From: Eledone cirrhosa | Taxonomy: Eukaryota | Assembly: GCA_964016885.1 (NCBI GenBank) | Contig: OZ024740.1 | Location: 154,442,001-154,506,000, forward strand | Direction: 5' to 3' | Length of the DNA stretch: 64,000 nt | Part shown: positions 12,462-28,459 of the stretch, piece by piece | Layout of the letters: each line of letters opens with the position of its first letter | Numbering within the stretch: the first letter of the stretch is position 1 | The notes under the pieces: generated by a model | Told to the model about the DNA's origin: nothing | Seen by the model: the letters and a program-made list of their open reading frames with translations, nothing else | Database searches by the model: none | Translations under genes and position numbers: made by a program

Positions 12462-12687
12462 GAAAAACAAGGGGAGAAGAATACTGCATGGTTGCACATG
12501 GATTACATATTATAAAATAAGTCCCTCATCAGTGATTTGCCAACCATCATTGGTATTTCATCGCATTAAAAATCATATTCACTTGTCCCAATAGCTTATT
12601 TTAGTTATTGCTCGCACCAACCTGAGGTATATGATTTTTAATGCGATGAAATACCAATGATGGTTGGCAAATCACTGATGAGGGACT

Positions 12688-12695
<8 letters not shown>
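12462..12695. mobile_element. Inverted pair of retroelement ends carrying the permuted hammerhead, inserted in (TA)n
   Basis: 12462-12578 is a minus-strand partial copy with a ~60-nt tail that matches 2952-3010. 12579-12695 is a plus-strand copy without the tail. (TA)n flanks both sides. Confidence 0.85.
12585..12686 (+). ncRNA. Non-circularly permuted hammerhead candidate, copy 3 (best preserved)
   Basis: GTCC CAATAGCT..AGTTATTG C TCGCA CCAACC TGA GGTAT A TGATTT TTAA TGCGA T GAAA TACC AAT GAT GGTTGG C AAATCA CTGATGA G GGAC. Predicted cleavage after 12631. Confidence 0.85.
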
Positions 12696-12742
<47 letters not shown>

Positions 12743-12745
<3 letters not shown>

Positions 12746-13987
12746 GGTCGGACGGTATTTGAGGACACATGCATTTTTAGTCATTATTGTATTTGACTAA
12801 TTATTATTGAACTTCTATTTCAGAAAATAACAATGAAAATAACTATGCTGACAAATGTGATTGTGGCTTTGAATGCTAAGCTTGGTGATATAGTAATTTC
12901 TCGTTTTCTGAAAGTTGCAAGATCTTTTGTCCACAAGATTCGGTGTGAGTTAGAGAAAGAAGATGGAAGCGTATTATCTGTATCAAAACGTAAATAAAGA
13001 ACATTCCAAATGCTCTGATTCTATCAGGACACCTGAATTTATTCAGGAAGTTAAGCAAAACATTGATGACAATCCAGGAAAATGAATGAGATCAATTGCA
13101 AAAAATGTTGGTGTGTCAGAAAAAACAATCAGAAATGTTGTGCATGAAGACATCAGATACAAATCTTACGTGATGAGGAGAGATCAATTCATGTCAGAAA
13201 AAACAAAAGAAAACCGTTTAATCAGATCCAAAATACTTTTGAACAAACTTAAAAGTCCATCAGAAGATGATGTCATTTAGTTTTTCTCAGATGAGAAAAA
13301 CTTTGACCTGGACCAGAAACTAACAGACGAAATGACAAGTGGCTATATGCAGACCCTTCTGAGGTTCCAAGAGTAATGCACACAAAGTTTCCTGCAAGTA
13401 TCATGGTTTTGGGTGTTGTTAGCAATGAAGGACATGTGATCCTCCTCACTTTTTTCCACAAGGCCTTAGGCTGAATGCTGCTGCGTATATTGAGGTTCTG
13501 GATAAAGTTGTAAAGCCTTGGATCAACAGTGTATGCAATGGAAGGCCTTATGTCTTTTAACAAGATCTACACCATCACACAAGACTCAAATGACACAAGA
13601 GTGGATGGCCGACGATTTGCATGATCACATCACCCCCAAAATTTGGCCTCCTAATTCTCCAGATCTCGATCCACTGGACTACTATGTATCGAGCATCGTT
13701 GAGAAAAATATCAATGAACACACCCATAGCACCAAAGATTCTTCGAAAGCCGCAATAATTCGAGTCTGTCCGATATGAACAAGGATCACTTAATCCGAGC
13801 TTGTAAACGATTTCAACCACACGTAGAGGTAGTTATTGATACTTATGGTGGTTTTATTGAATGAAATTATTAAATTGATAATTTAGCTTTATGTTTATGT
13901 TATTTTTATAAGAATACAGTTTTTTCTGTTATTACATAAGCGTTTTTTTAAACCATAAATCTGTCCTCAAATACCGTCCGCACCCTG
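12743..13987 (+). mobile_element. Full-length defective Tc1/mariner transposon, DD37D (maT-type)
   Basis: ~27-bp TIRs CAGGGT(G)CGGACGGTATTTGAGGACA, TA on both sides. Frameshifted transposase with FFSDEKNF, QD(S)TPSH and WPPNSPDLDPLDYYV; 37 residues between the 2nd and 3rd D after repairing a 1-nt deletion. Confidence 0.92.
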
Positions 13988-14029
13988 TATATATATATAT
14001 ATATATATAGTGTGTGTGTGTGTGTGTGT

Positions 14030-14690
14030 GGCACAGATAAATCCGGAATTTTTACGTGGCAACAGCACCGTAACGTAGCCTGGTTTCGAAAGCGCCATAC
14101 TACACCTCAGTAGCTGTCTCGCCATTGACGTTCGGGGTGCTTAGTAATCGACATGTCTTCAGAATACGATCGTCAAGCTGCTGTTATGGAAAGCCTTCGC
14201 ACCTGTCACAAACCAATTGAATGGTTTAAATACCCTAAAACCATGGGCTACGACCTTGCAAAGGCATACGGGGCCTCAGACGATAAAGACAATTTCAGGC
14301 CAGAACGCAAGACTCATAAGAAGCGATCTGGCGCCATCAGAACGTCCGAGTTCGTCGCCAACGTTACCGAGGTTGTCAAAAGGAACCCCAGCAAAAGCAT
14401 AAGTAAAATCACCAAGGAAATGGGCACCAGCAGGCGAAGAATCAGGTGTATACATCAAGGAGGACTTGAATTATAAATCTCATGTGCTCAAGAGGTGCCA
14501 CTTGCTCACCGAAACGTAGGAGAGGAAGAAGCTGAAGGCGTCAGTCCGACTTATAGCCCCTCACCCTCATCTTCAAACTGTAATCCTCTCGAATATTATG
14601 TGTGGGCGTCTTGGAGAGGGGTTGAACAGCAGGTCCTACAACAGAAGGCTGAAAGACAAAGTGGGCATAGGTGTGATTTAAATTAATAAT
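14030..14690 (+). pseudogene. Second, internally deleted mariner/maT-like transposase relic
   Basis: RKTHKKRSGAIRTSEFV..V...V..NPSKSISKITKEMGTS (HTH region similar to the neighbouring element) and SSNCNPLEYYVW. Confidence 0.75.
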
Positions 14691-15529
14691 CCTAAAGAAC
14701 GTCACCTAACCCATTCTATCAATCTACTGCACTACTGGATATTGAAAAGAAAAATGTATTTAAATTTAGTTTACACCTACGCAGGTTTATCTTGCCTCCT
14801 TAGAAATTACATTTCAAAGGAGATTTCTCGCGTGTTTTAGTGAAAGATACCACAGTCTCAATCATAAATTACAACATAAACTAAAACGTCTGACTGAAGA
14901 GAACATCGCGCATCTCAATCCAAGAATCGAACTCACAACCTTAAGATCGTGTGTACAAAATACCTAACCACTAAGCCATGCACCTTAGGAATTGGTATGT
15001 GAAGTGAATATGTTCAAATTGAAAAGATAGCAAATAATGTACTCATATCAATACTTTGGCCAAATATTCAATGTATACAACGAATATCAAAGAAAACATT
15101 TGATAAATTTTACAAATTCTATATTATAGATGCATAAAACTTGGAATATTTGAACGTAATACAAGAAAAAATAGTTAGTTGCCTTGGAAATTATTACAAG
15201 TTACAGTAAAATGTATGTGAGATTGAGTGAACTGAAAAACATAAATGGAAAAGTATTGGAAATTGTAGCAGGATTCAGAATACAGCACTGAGAAATGTTG
15301 TCAATAGGTGCAGTCGTTGTCACACAGTCTGTCAGTGATACGAGGAAGAAAGAAAAGGTGAAAAGAAAAGAGGGAGAGAGGAAGAGAGGAAGGAAAGATT
15401 GTGTTTTATTTAAATAGTCTTTGCTTTTTATGTTATAAAATAACTACAGTAAATCTAAAGATTGTAATCTCGGTGAAAATTGAAGAAAATGTCATAAACA
15501 GGTTAGTAAACATGAAAAAAAAATAATAA

Positions 15530-15714
15530 TAATTGTTTCTACTTTTGGCACAGGGCCAGCAATCACCCAGTGCATTACTGGTACTTTATTTTATCGACCC
15601 CGTAAGGATGAAAGGCAAAGTTAACCTCGGCAGGATTTGAACTCAGAATGGCAAGGCACGTAACTCTATGCGTCAAAGCATGGCGCCCGACCCTCTACCG
15701 ATACTGCCAATCCA
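15530..15714 (-). mobile_element. SINE family 1
   Basis: Reverse complement matches 12158-12347. Confidence 0.9.
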
Positions 15715-16028
15715 ATGATACACTGCGAACACTCGGGGTAAAAAACAATCTGATAGTAGAATAATTAGAGTCGAAATTTATCTGAACAGAAAGTAAATAC
15801 AACCTAGATATAGGTGACAGTAAAATAAGTAACTTAATACAAAAAACTACAGCTCTAATATGCCTGTGTTTTAATAGCTGAATAGGTTCGCCAACGCATG
15901 GCTCCTCAGGTAACGTGAACGGAATTTTATAAACCCACCTTAATGTTGTTTATGTTATTTAATGTGTTTGGTTAAACGCGGTGAAGAAATAAAAAGTCAT
16001 AATAAAAACCGTGAAATACTAAGTAAAT

Positions 16029-16096
<68 letters not shown>

Positions 16097-16174
16097 AAAA
16101 TTGAACGGGAACAAAACAGAGAGGCAGTACGAACAAAGGTTTATTAGTTTCACGCTCTTGAGAGTGGGGTGGTG

Positions 16175-16217
<43 letters not shown>

Positions 16218-16570
16218 GAAAACACAGGTAAGCATTAAGAGAAGGATTCTATCCACGTATTTACGACCGTTTCATTGGTAAGTGCAACCTTATATTGCTA
16301 TACTGCAAATAGCAGCCACTCAATGATAATTGTTGTTCACGTCCAAATTTTCAAAATAACCACGAACTGGATCACAAAAAGCAATTTTCTGCTTCCCTAA
16401 CTATATATATATATATGTATATATATATATGTGTGTGTATATATATATGTGTATGTGTATATATGTATATATATATAAATATGTATGCATATAATATGCA
16501 TGCATATATATATACACACACACTCTCTCACACACACACATATATATATATATATATAGAGAGAGAGATA

Positions 16571-16653
<83 letters not shown>

Positions 16654-16954
16654 TCTGATAATATAATATTTTGATTCAATAATTTAAATATAATGTCATA
16701 CTTTTAAAATAGATCGCTTGTATTTCAATTGTTATGCTACAAATGTTTACAGAAGGATTGTCATTAACTAATATATTATGTAGTGTGTGTTCGGGTATTT
16801 AATATGTGTGTGCGTGTATTTTAAATTGCTCTAATGATAATTTATGTGTAAATCTTTTAAAATTAATTAAAAGTTGTTTTAAGTAATGAATGGGAATTGG
16901 GATCTGAATAAGTTTTTGCTTAAATCATTCAGATTGAACTATATAAGACGACGA

Positions 16955-17110
16955 GTTAGCAAAGTCGTTAATGTGTCGGATAGAATGATTTGTTCTATTT
17001 GTTTCACTTTCTACTCTCCGAGTTTAAATCCCACCGCAATCAACTTTGTCTTTAATCCTTTCGTTTCAGGGATGATAAATAATATACCATTCCAGTACTT
17101 GGGTCGATTC
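16955..17110 (+). mobile_element. Degenerate SINE family 1
   Basis: gagtttaaatcccacc..caactttgtctttaatcctttcg...gataaat...ccagtacttggg. Confidence 0.65.
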
Positions 17111-17111
17111 T

Positions 17112-17112
<1 letters not shown>

Positions 17113-17174
<62 letters not shown>

Positions 17175-17450
17175 TCCCTCTTTCTCTGTCTCTCTCGCTC
17201 CGTCTCTCTCCTCTCTCTCTCTCTCATTTCCCTCTCTCTCTGTCTCTCTCGCTCCGTCTCTCTCCCCTCTCTCTCTCTCTCTCTCCGTCTCTCTTTCTCT
17301 CTCTCTCTCACTCTCAAAGAAGAAGAAGAAGGAGAAGAAGAAGAAGAAGAAGAAGAAGAAGAAGAAGAAGAAGAAGAAGAAGAAGAAGAAGAAGAAGAAG
17401 AAGAAGAAGAAGAAGAAGAAGAAGAAGAAGAAGAAGAAGAAGAAGAAGAA
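17113..17450. repeat. (CT)n then (GAA)n microsatellites
   Basis: Direct reading. Confidence 0.95.
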
Positions 17451-18129
17451 ATCGGCTGTCACCAGGTTTAAATGCCCCAAACCTAGAAACGATTTGCTCC
17501 ATATTACGGTATCCCTACAATTCCCTCAAGAATTGACGACTCGGTGTGTACTCTGCATTGCTTTTTAGACAAATTGAAATTTCAGGTATACATTTTTAAG
17601 AAGCATACAATTTTAGTAATATTATGAAAAGTAAAGGATGTATTTACACCCCAGATTTTATCTATCCTTGGGTAGAAAAAGTAAGATCAATCTAATTAGT
17701 TCTTAGACCTTCATCAGCCAAAGAACACCCATCCACTTTTAATGTTGCGTATATTTGTTGCGTATACAAACTAGATCTCAACTAAACTGGTCAGTTTCAT
17801 TTGCATGACAGTGCCAAGCAGCAAAAAATGTTGATTAATTCATTTATTCGTTGTGAACAACACTGCGTTTCTGTATAATTTGAAATGTTATGTATGCTTT
17901 TTTTAATTGTCATACAATTTTAGCCTTCCTGTGAAATATAAACGAAGTGGCTCCATCTCTCCGTGGCTAGAAAAGGTGCGATTTATCTAGTTACTTTCTA
18001 GTCTTCTTAGAAATTCATCAGAGAGAATATCTATCTTCTGCCAACGGGAAAAGTAAATAATTAATCTAAATCAGCGCATGTACTGTTAGGCAAAATAAAC
18101 TGACCAGTTGAGCTGACTATTCTATGGGT

Positions 18130-18726
18130 AGGGGTTGGCAGAATCGTTAGAGCGTCGAAAAAACTTTTTTTTTGTATTTACGTTCTGAGTTCAAATCCTA
18201 TTCAGGTCAACTTTGTCTTTGATCCTTCAAGGAACGCATACCTGTCAACTCTCCTCGTCTGGCAGGGAGATCTTCTATCCACTTTGTGGTGGGTGAGAGA
18301 TGTCTTCTCTTGTGAAAATGAGTATGTCTTTCATTATGTAAAATCTCCCCATATTGCCTCATTTCTCCCCGTTTTGGGGTACTTTTTTTCATGGCACTTC
18401 CGTTTGGGTTTTAAGAGGATGGCAAGTCTGGGGAACGATCAAATAAGGTACCAGTCAAGCACTGGTTTGGTTTTAATTTACTTTTCGTTTCCGCCACATG
18501 TTTTGTCTTGTACCTAAATTAGAAACTATCAGTATCAATATGGATTGGCAGTATCGGTAGAGGGTCGGACGCCATGCTTTGCAGCAAAGAGTTACGGCCC
18601 TTTATGGTCTGAGTTCAAATCCTGTCGAGGTTAACTTTGCCTTTCCTCCTTACGGGATCAATAAAATAAAGTACCAGTAATATTCTGGGATAATTGCTGG
18701 CCCTGTGCCAAAAGTAGAAACAATTA
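18130..18726 (+). mobile_element. Two SINE family 1 copies; the first is split by a ~200-bp insert (18231-18430)
   Basis: Head and core at 18130-18230 resume at ~18430; second full copy at 18541-18726. Confidence 0.8.
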
Positions 18727-19654
18727 TCACTATTTTAAGTAATGTTATTGGTGTTATTGTTGTCATTTTATTATTTGAATTTCTTTAATCTTGTAATCTA
18801 TATTTCTGTTAAACTATCTATTTTTATTTTGTTCATTTTGTTAATTTCCATAATTGCTTGTCCGTTCATTTGCTTATGTTTAGTAATCTTTAAATCCTTT
18901 AACAGCTGGGATTTAAACTGAGAATCAAAGTGTCAAAATGATATATTTCAACAAATGTTCAAGTAAAATTTGAAAACTTGTTTTTCTTCTTTAATCCCAG
19001 ATCAACTATTATCGAGAAAGCCTGTGATCAAAGGTGCTTGAGCCATGGCTATCGCATCTTATTAAGTATATCTAAGACTGCATGTATTCTATGTATATTT
19101 ACTGTTTGTTACTTTTTTGTTTTTGTTTGTTTGCTTGTTGTTGTTTTGTTTTGGGGACAAAAAGCGTTGTAGTTTATTAAATTGAATATAGACTGGTACT
19201 AATATAGACTGATACTTATTTCATTTAACGGCTAGCGTTTCACCAGTACACTCGCATGATCATCACACAAGACTTGTTTCATGCGTGGTCGGGACTGTAG
19301 ATTAGGTGTTCTACCCCTTTCATTCCTCTGTTGTTCATCCAGCATTGTTAGCACCACTTTCCGTTGCTCCACTGTTGAGGCCTCCTCTTCATCATCCTCT
19401 CGTTGAATCTTTTCAACACTTCGAGGTAATGCTCCTTTTTGACATGTTTGGCCAACACGGATGCTTTAATGCAGTGGGTGATATCGTTTAGAAATAACAA
19501 TCAAATTTCCTTTAGATCACAAGTTTTCCATTTTAGAGAAAGAAAGAATAATTTAAATGATGTAACCGTAGAACCACACTGTGTTTTAACGAAACATGGA
19601 ATACTCATGGCGGAACGTTCAACCTAACACACGTAATCTTTACACTCACCAACA

Positions 19655-21265
<1,611 letters not shown>

Positions 21266-21351
21266 CAGTAATACTTCAATACGTGTAAGTTACAGTGACA
21301 CTAATCCAGTTCATCATTAGGTAGCTATAACTACCACCTGCAATACCCAAT

Positions 21352-21825
<474 letters not shown>

Positions 21826-22545
21826 AATGAGTTATATGTTTTGTTGATTATTCAACAAAGTTAATTTTACAACAGAGTTTATCTGGAGTATCATTAATAT
21901 TAATGATATCAATAAATGGAAAATATCTTTATAAAACTATATTTATTTTATTATACGTATTTCAAAGGTACTAATATTTAATTACGCTTTCGTCAGATAA
22001 AATATAATAATTGGTGTTAAGATAGTGACATATAGTGACATATCTTCATGTGAACTTAATGGTATAAGTCCAATGAAGATAGTCACTGGACTTATACCAT
22101 TAAGCTGCTTTCACCCTTAACGGGATCTTCTGAAACTAAAAAAATGCGTCTGTGAACGCAGAAGTAAATATTTCGAAACGCGTTATCTAATGCAGACAGT
22201 CAGACATACAGAGACATATTATAAGGGCGCTACATTATAGCTATGTATCAGACTAAGAAAAAGAGGGGAATGTTGTGCGACGTCATAAGAAAAAGTGAGG
22301 AATGACGTATAACCGGAAGTGTTGACATTTGAAATTTTAAAGAAGTGAATATTTAAATAATGTCTTTAATCTTTTAACAAAATTCAGTAGACAAAAATAC
22401 CCTCACTTTTTTACTTGGAAAAAGTTACATCTATGGTGCAAATTTGGTGCTGTTTGGTCCAGCCGTTTGGCGGAAAGTTTGTTATCTACATACGGCCGTC
22501 AGCTTTATAGTATAGATATATATACATATATATATATATATACAC

Positions 22546-23336
<791 letters not shown>

Positions 23337-23361
23337 AATATGTATATATATATATATATAT

Positions 23362-23396
<35 letters not shown>

Positions 23397-23419
23397 TGTA
23401 TATATATATATATATATAT

Positions 23420-23496
<77 letters not shown>

Positions 23497-23507
23497 TGTG
23501 TGTGTGT

Positions 23508-23538
<31 letters not shown>

Positions 23539-23804
23539 AATATGTATGTATATATACAAATAAAATACAGAATTATTAACTCATATTGATACCCTGTAAT
23601 TAACAACCTCAAAGTATAAATACTGAGCATTATAATATTAATATATGTAGAAATAAACACACTAAATTCCGTGTCTAAAATTACGAGGGTAGAGAATGCC
23701 ACAAATGTTTTATATATTTAATCTGAATCATACAGTAGGATATAATTCTATACTGACCGTATCAATAACCATTTCATCTCTCGGACAGATTAGAGATTTA
23801 ATCT

Positions 23805-23854
<50 letters not shown>

Positions 23855-23859
<5 letters not shown>

Positions 23860-24247
23860 CTGTACTTATTATATGTGCCCTTACCGCGGTTTCAGATCCC
23901 AAACAAATAGATAATCCAAGCGGATTTTTCATTGAGAAAGAGATCATCGTCAGAAGGCTTTTCTCTCTTGGAGAATATAAAATTCTCGAGTTCAAATTAC
24001 AAACTGGCACCATACAAAACTGCCTCAGAATGATCTGAAACCGCGGTAAGGGCACATATAGTAAGTACAGTGAATTTTTTGGAATTTATATTTTTTATAC
24101 TTTTTAAGATATTTTCTGTGTTTACACTCCCTTGATTTGATATCTTCTTGCTTGTTAATTTATTAACTTGCCATTGAACCACACGGGCATACGGTCTGAC
24201 TATACTTATGTCCCTATGTGTATTAATTACATGTAGGAACACATACC

Positions 24248-24250
<3 letters not shown>
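23855..24250 (+). mobile_element. Fold-back PLE end with partial HHR
   Basis: 23855-23898 is inverted at 24032-24075; arm contains GAAA-CCGCGG-TA (palindromic stem III); tail to 24250; (TA)n flanks. Confidence 0.75.
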
Positions 24251-24306
<56 letters not shown>

Positions 24307-24599
24307 CACACAACAACTCGGTCAACGCTGCTCATTTTATCCCAATAGTTATAGTCTCTCACATTTTCTCATCACAAATTGTTCAGATGTGTTCATACAT
24401 ATCCTCTCACTTGACATATCTCACATGAACAAACACCTGATACTTTATTTCAACTAATATGACCATCCCACATCCTTATACTCTCACCTCCTTTCCCTTC
24501 ATAGTCCTTCACATCTGTATTTATTATACAACCATTCCCCTCGCTTCACTACACACCATCATATCTATGCAAATTCTTTCACTCTGTGATATATGTGTG

Positions 24600-24784
24600 C
24601 TTATGTATGTATGAATGTATGTATGTATGTATGTATGAATGTATTTATGTATGTATGTATGTATTTATCTATGTATGTATTTATGTGTGGATGTATGTAT
24701 TTATGTATGTATGTATGTATGTATGTATGTATGTATGTATGTATGTATGTATGTATGTATGTATGTATGTATGTATGTATGTAT
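24600..24784. repeat. (TATG)n microsatellite
   Basis: Direct reading. Confidence 0.95.
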
Positions 24785-25925
24785 TAAAACCCAACCATAT
24801 TAATAGGTTTGGTGTATGTATGTATTTAAGCTTCAAGCATATCGCTTGATTTGTGACATTTTTTGCAATGCATGGTTTTGCTGGACTAAAAAGCCGCGCC
24901 CGTGATGCTTACTATTCTTTTGTTTTTCATTTGAATTGTTAAGAAATTTCAAACAAAGCAGATGACAATCTAATTTTGGTTGACGACTGAAAGATGTCTC
25001 TGTGTATATATATATATATATATCACATCTACTGATATGGATTCTGAACACGTGCACACGCTTAGGTAACATTAAGACCGACTGCAGGAATTGGTGATAA
25101 GTTACAAAAAAGTGTGATGATCAATGACCTGGAAGTTGGCTTACCATGAGATTAGTCTGAAGACTAAAACCCAAATCGTATATTGACGAATATTCGTATT
25201 GCCGGCATGTTGTTTATAACATGCCATCTTTGAGAATAGAGTTTATTTTGTCGATATTTCGAGGTGTCGGATCGTGGGAAGATGAACATGAATTAAGAAG
25301 ATGTAACCTCTACCCCATTACTGACACTTTGCAACAGTGAACGTTACAAGGCCCTCTTTAGGGCCAAGACTTCTGATTGTTTATCCGACTTATTATGGTG
25401 TTTTTTCTCGGGTTATGTCTACTATAGGGGAAAAACGGGATGGTTTTATTGAATTGCTTCAGTCATTCGAAGAGCTTTACAAACGGTTATATACAGGGTG
25501 CTTGAACAGTACCTGAATATGTTCACTCGATTATAATTTCTTCAATAATTGCGACGACTTCCTCAATTGTTCTGTGTTTGTTCTTGAGTGCTAAGGCAGT
25601 AAGTTTGCTATTCTTATACATGTTTGTTGAATACGTTCGATACTCTTCGAGCTCAGACTTCCCCGTCTTATTTACTCTGAATGAAGAAAGCTGGATGGAA
25701 GAACTTATGACTTAAACAGTTATTGATAGTTCCACACAAAAAATTGATCTGCCATAAACATACCTAGCAAAGGTTGCTATTGAAAATCCAGTATGGGCAC
25801 CCAGGATCGCTAGCATTTTCAGGCGCACTCTGGGAACTGCGAATAACCCCACCTTTCCCGGGTATTACCGAGTACTGCAGCTAGTATATATATAAAATAA
25901 TCATATCAAACATTGACAATGGATA

Positions 25926-26673
25926 ATTTGTAAAGATTGTAAACACATAGTTATGGAGGTAACATATTAAAAATTTAACGAGAACCTTGAATATAGATAC
26001 CTTGCAATAATGATTAATCTCCTTTGTATATATTCCATTAAAGAAATATATTTCACCATTAATCGGTGAATCACAGATGGACCATCAGCAAAGGAGAATA
26101 TTTAACTATCTGTGAATAACGACGGAATATTTAACTATCAGGAATAACGACGGAAAGCACATGTGGTTTTAAAAAATAAACATCACGCTGCCGTCAAGCC
26201 AGTGGCGTGAATAGGCTTATCCGACCGCTAGAAATAGCAGCCGAGTAATTTCAACAGAAAAAAACTCTACTAACGGAATATTTAGGAGCCGCAAATACTA
26301 ACAAAATTAAATTGAAGATGTCATGTCTGAGAATATCAGAAACATGTTCCATATCACCTGTAGAATAAGCTCAAAGATTCTAAGGAATAAATTCGCTTGA
26401 CAGTGGCGCGATGTGTATTTTTCAAAACTACATGTGCTTTTCGTCGTTATTCCTGATTTGTTCTTAGCGTGTAATCACGGATAGTTAAATCTTCTCCTTT
26501 GCTGACGATCCAAGTTTTAATATCTGTGATTCAGCGATTAATGGTGAAATATATTTCTTTAATGAAATATATACAAAGGTGATTAATGATTATTGCAAGA
26601 TGTCTATATTAAAGGTTCTCGTTAAATTTTAATATGTTACCTCCATAACTATGTGTGTTTACACTCTACAAAT
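25926..26673. mobile_element. Older fold-back element with ~280-bp diverged arms and ~190-bp spacer
   Basis: 25926-26205 is inverted at 26392-26673 with indels. Spacer sequence 26364-26394 also recurs inverted at ~27150-27180. Confidence 0.8.
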
Positions 26674-27217
26674 GACAAGACTTTCTCTGGTTTGTCGTAT
26701 AGTTACAACTCATTTTTAAAAACAAGATACAGTTTAATAACATCTTCGTTAACTCAATTACGTCTTTGTCAACATCCAAAACATAAGCATACACCTACCG
26801 ACCATAATTAAATATGGAATGATACGTGATGCCCCCCCCCCCCCCACATACACACACACAGCCCCGGCGGTCAGAATGGAAAAGGCGTTTCACCGGTGGA
26901 CGGCAAGGGAGACGCGCTGGAAAGGCTACTCCAACTCGCGGGGCTCACACCTGCGACTGGCCAGCTCAGCGCCTATTGTGGTGAGTAGGGAGGTAGCCCT
27001 AGAGCCGAGGACACCAGAAGTCTCCACAGCCAGGGGTACAATCACAAACCTGTCGGAGAGCGACCGTATTCGCTGTCAATATTTGATATGTTTATTTTAT
27101 ATATATATATATATGTCAATCGGCTTTTAATTTAATTTTAATAAATACTCGGATTTATTCCTTAGAATCTTTGAGCTTATGTTTGTGTGTATGTGTGTGT
27201 GTGTGTGTGTGTGTGTT

Positions 27218-27345
27218 CAAAAGGCAAACAGAAATAACAAAGCAAACGTCACAGTACAATGAAGAAATATGTTATTAGTTTTGCGCTTGATATATAGTAG
27301 GAAAAGAGTCTTAACGTTCGGACGTTAGTCCTTCGTCAGAAAATA
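27218..27345 (-). mobile_element. PLE pLTR end with minimal HHR (family also at 1656, 16093, 31770, 41690, 46218, 48020)
   Basis: Minus strand CTGACGA-aggactaacgtcc-GAA(A)-cgttaag, plus shared tail tcaagcg..aactaa...tgtactgt...tgttatttctgttt.cctttt. Confidence 0.8.
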
Positions 27346-27576
27346 TAATGAAATATTAATGAAGGAATAGAAAGATAGAGGAGAGTGGGCAGTGACAGAA
27401 ACGGAAAAAAATTCTTAAAGAAAAACAGATCTATTCCAATCGCGATCTCTTGGGAAACTTGATTCTAGCGTTGTTGTATAAGATGATCTTGTTTTAAATA
27501 GTGGTGTTCGAACGCGTCTAACTGAAAAGGAAAAAATCGTTTTGTATATAGATCGTGTGCGTAGAGAGAGAGGGGG

Positions 27577-27649
<73 letters not shown>

Positions 27650-28034
27650 GATCTACATGTATTTTAAATACCAATTAATTATACATATATTCTTAGTTTC
27701 AAATACCAGCTTAAAACTCATTTCCACATTAAAGTCAAATCATCGAATGCCATAGCTCCAATGCATTCTCTTAAAATACAGAGCTTATTTGATTAATCAA
27801 AAGAAATTAATTTATACTGTTCAAACAGTTTGTAATACAGTCGATTTAATGTACACTATACAGGAGGAGACATCAAAGTATATACTAGATAAATTACAAT
27901 TTTAATTCTCATTTAGTGCTCCGTAATCCATTTCTATGATTTTCTGTCGCACGCCCATCCTACTATAAATATTAAACTTATATATATTAATATATATATA
28001 TATATATATATATAGATATATATATATATATATA

Positions 28035-28104
<70 letters not shown>

Positions 28105-28180
28105 CACACACACATATATATACACACACGCACATACAATCATATGTGTGTGTGTGTGTACATGGTGCTATATATATACA

Positions 28181-28275
<95 letters not shown>

Positions 28276-28459
28276 ATATATAGCACCATGTACACACACA
28301 CACACAATTGATTATGTGTGAGTGTGTGTGTGTGTGTATGCATGAGGTTATATTAAATAACTGATAAGAGACCTCTATATTATAAAATGTACTCTGATGA
28401 AATATATTTTCAGCCGTGGTGTCTTTGAGTAGAATTTAAGCATGATTATCAGGAAGAGC

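Noticed and set aside
12617-12681. Box C/D snoRNA or SECIS reading of the CTGA/TGATGA motifs
   Set aside because: No terminal C...D box arrangement, and the GA-pair helix points away from the apical loop, unlike SECIS. The hammerhead model explains all conserved bases and covarying helices.
25850-25884. Second Helitron 3' end (CCCGGG..CCGAG...CTAG|T)
   Set aside because: The hairpin is imperfect and no matching 5' end could be placed.
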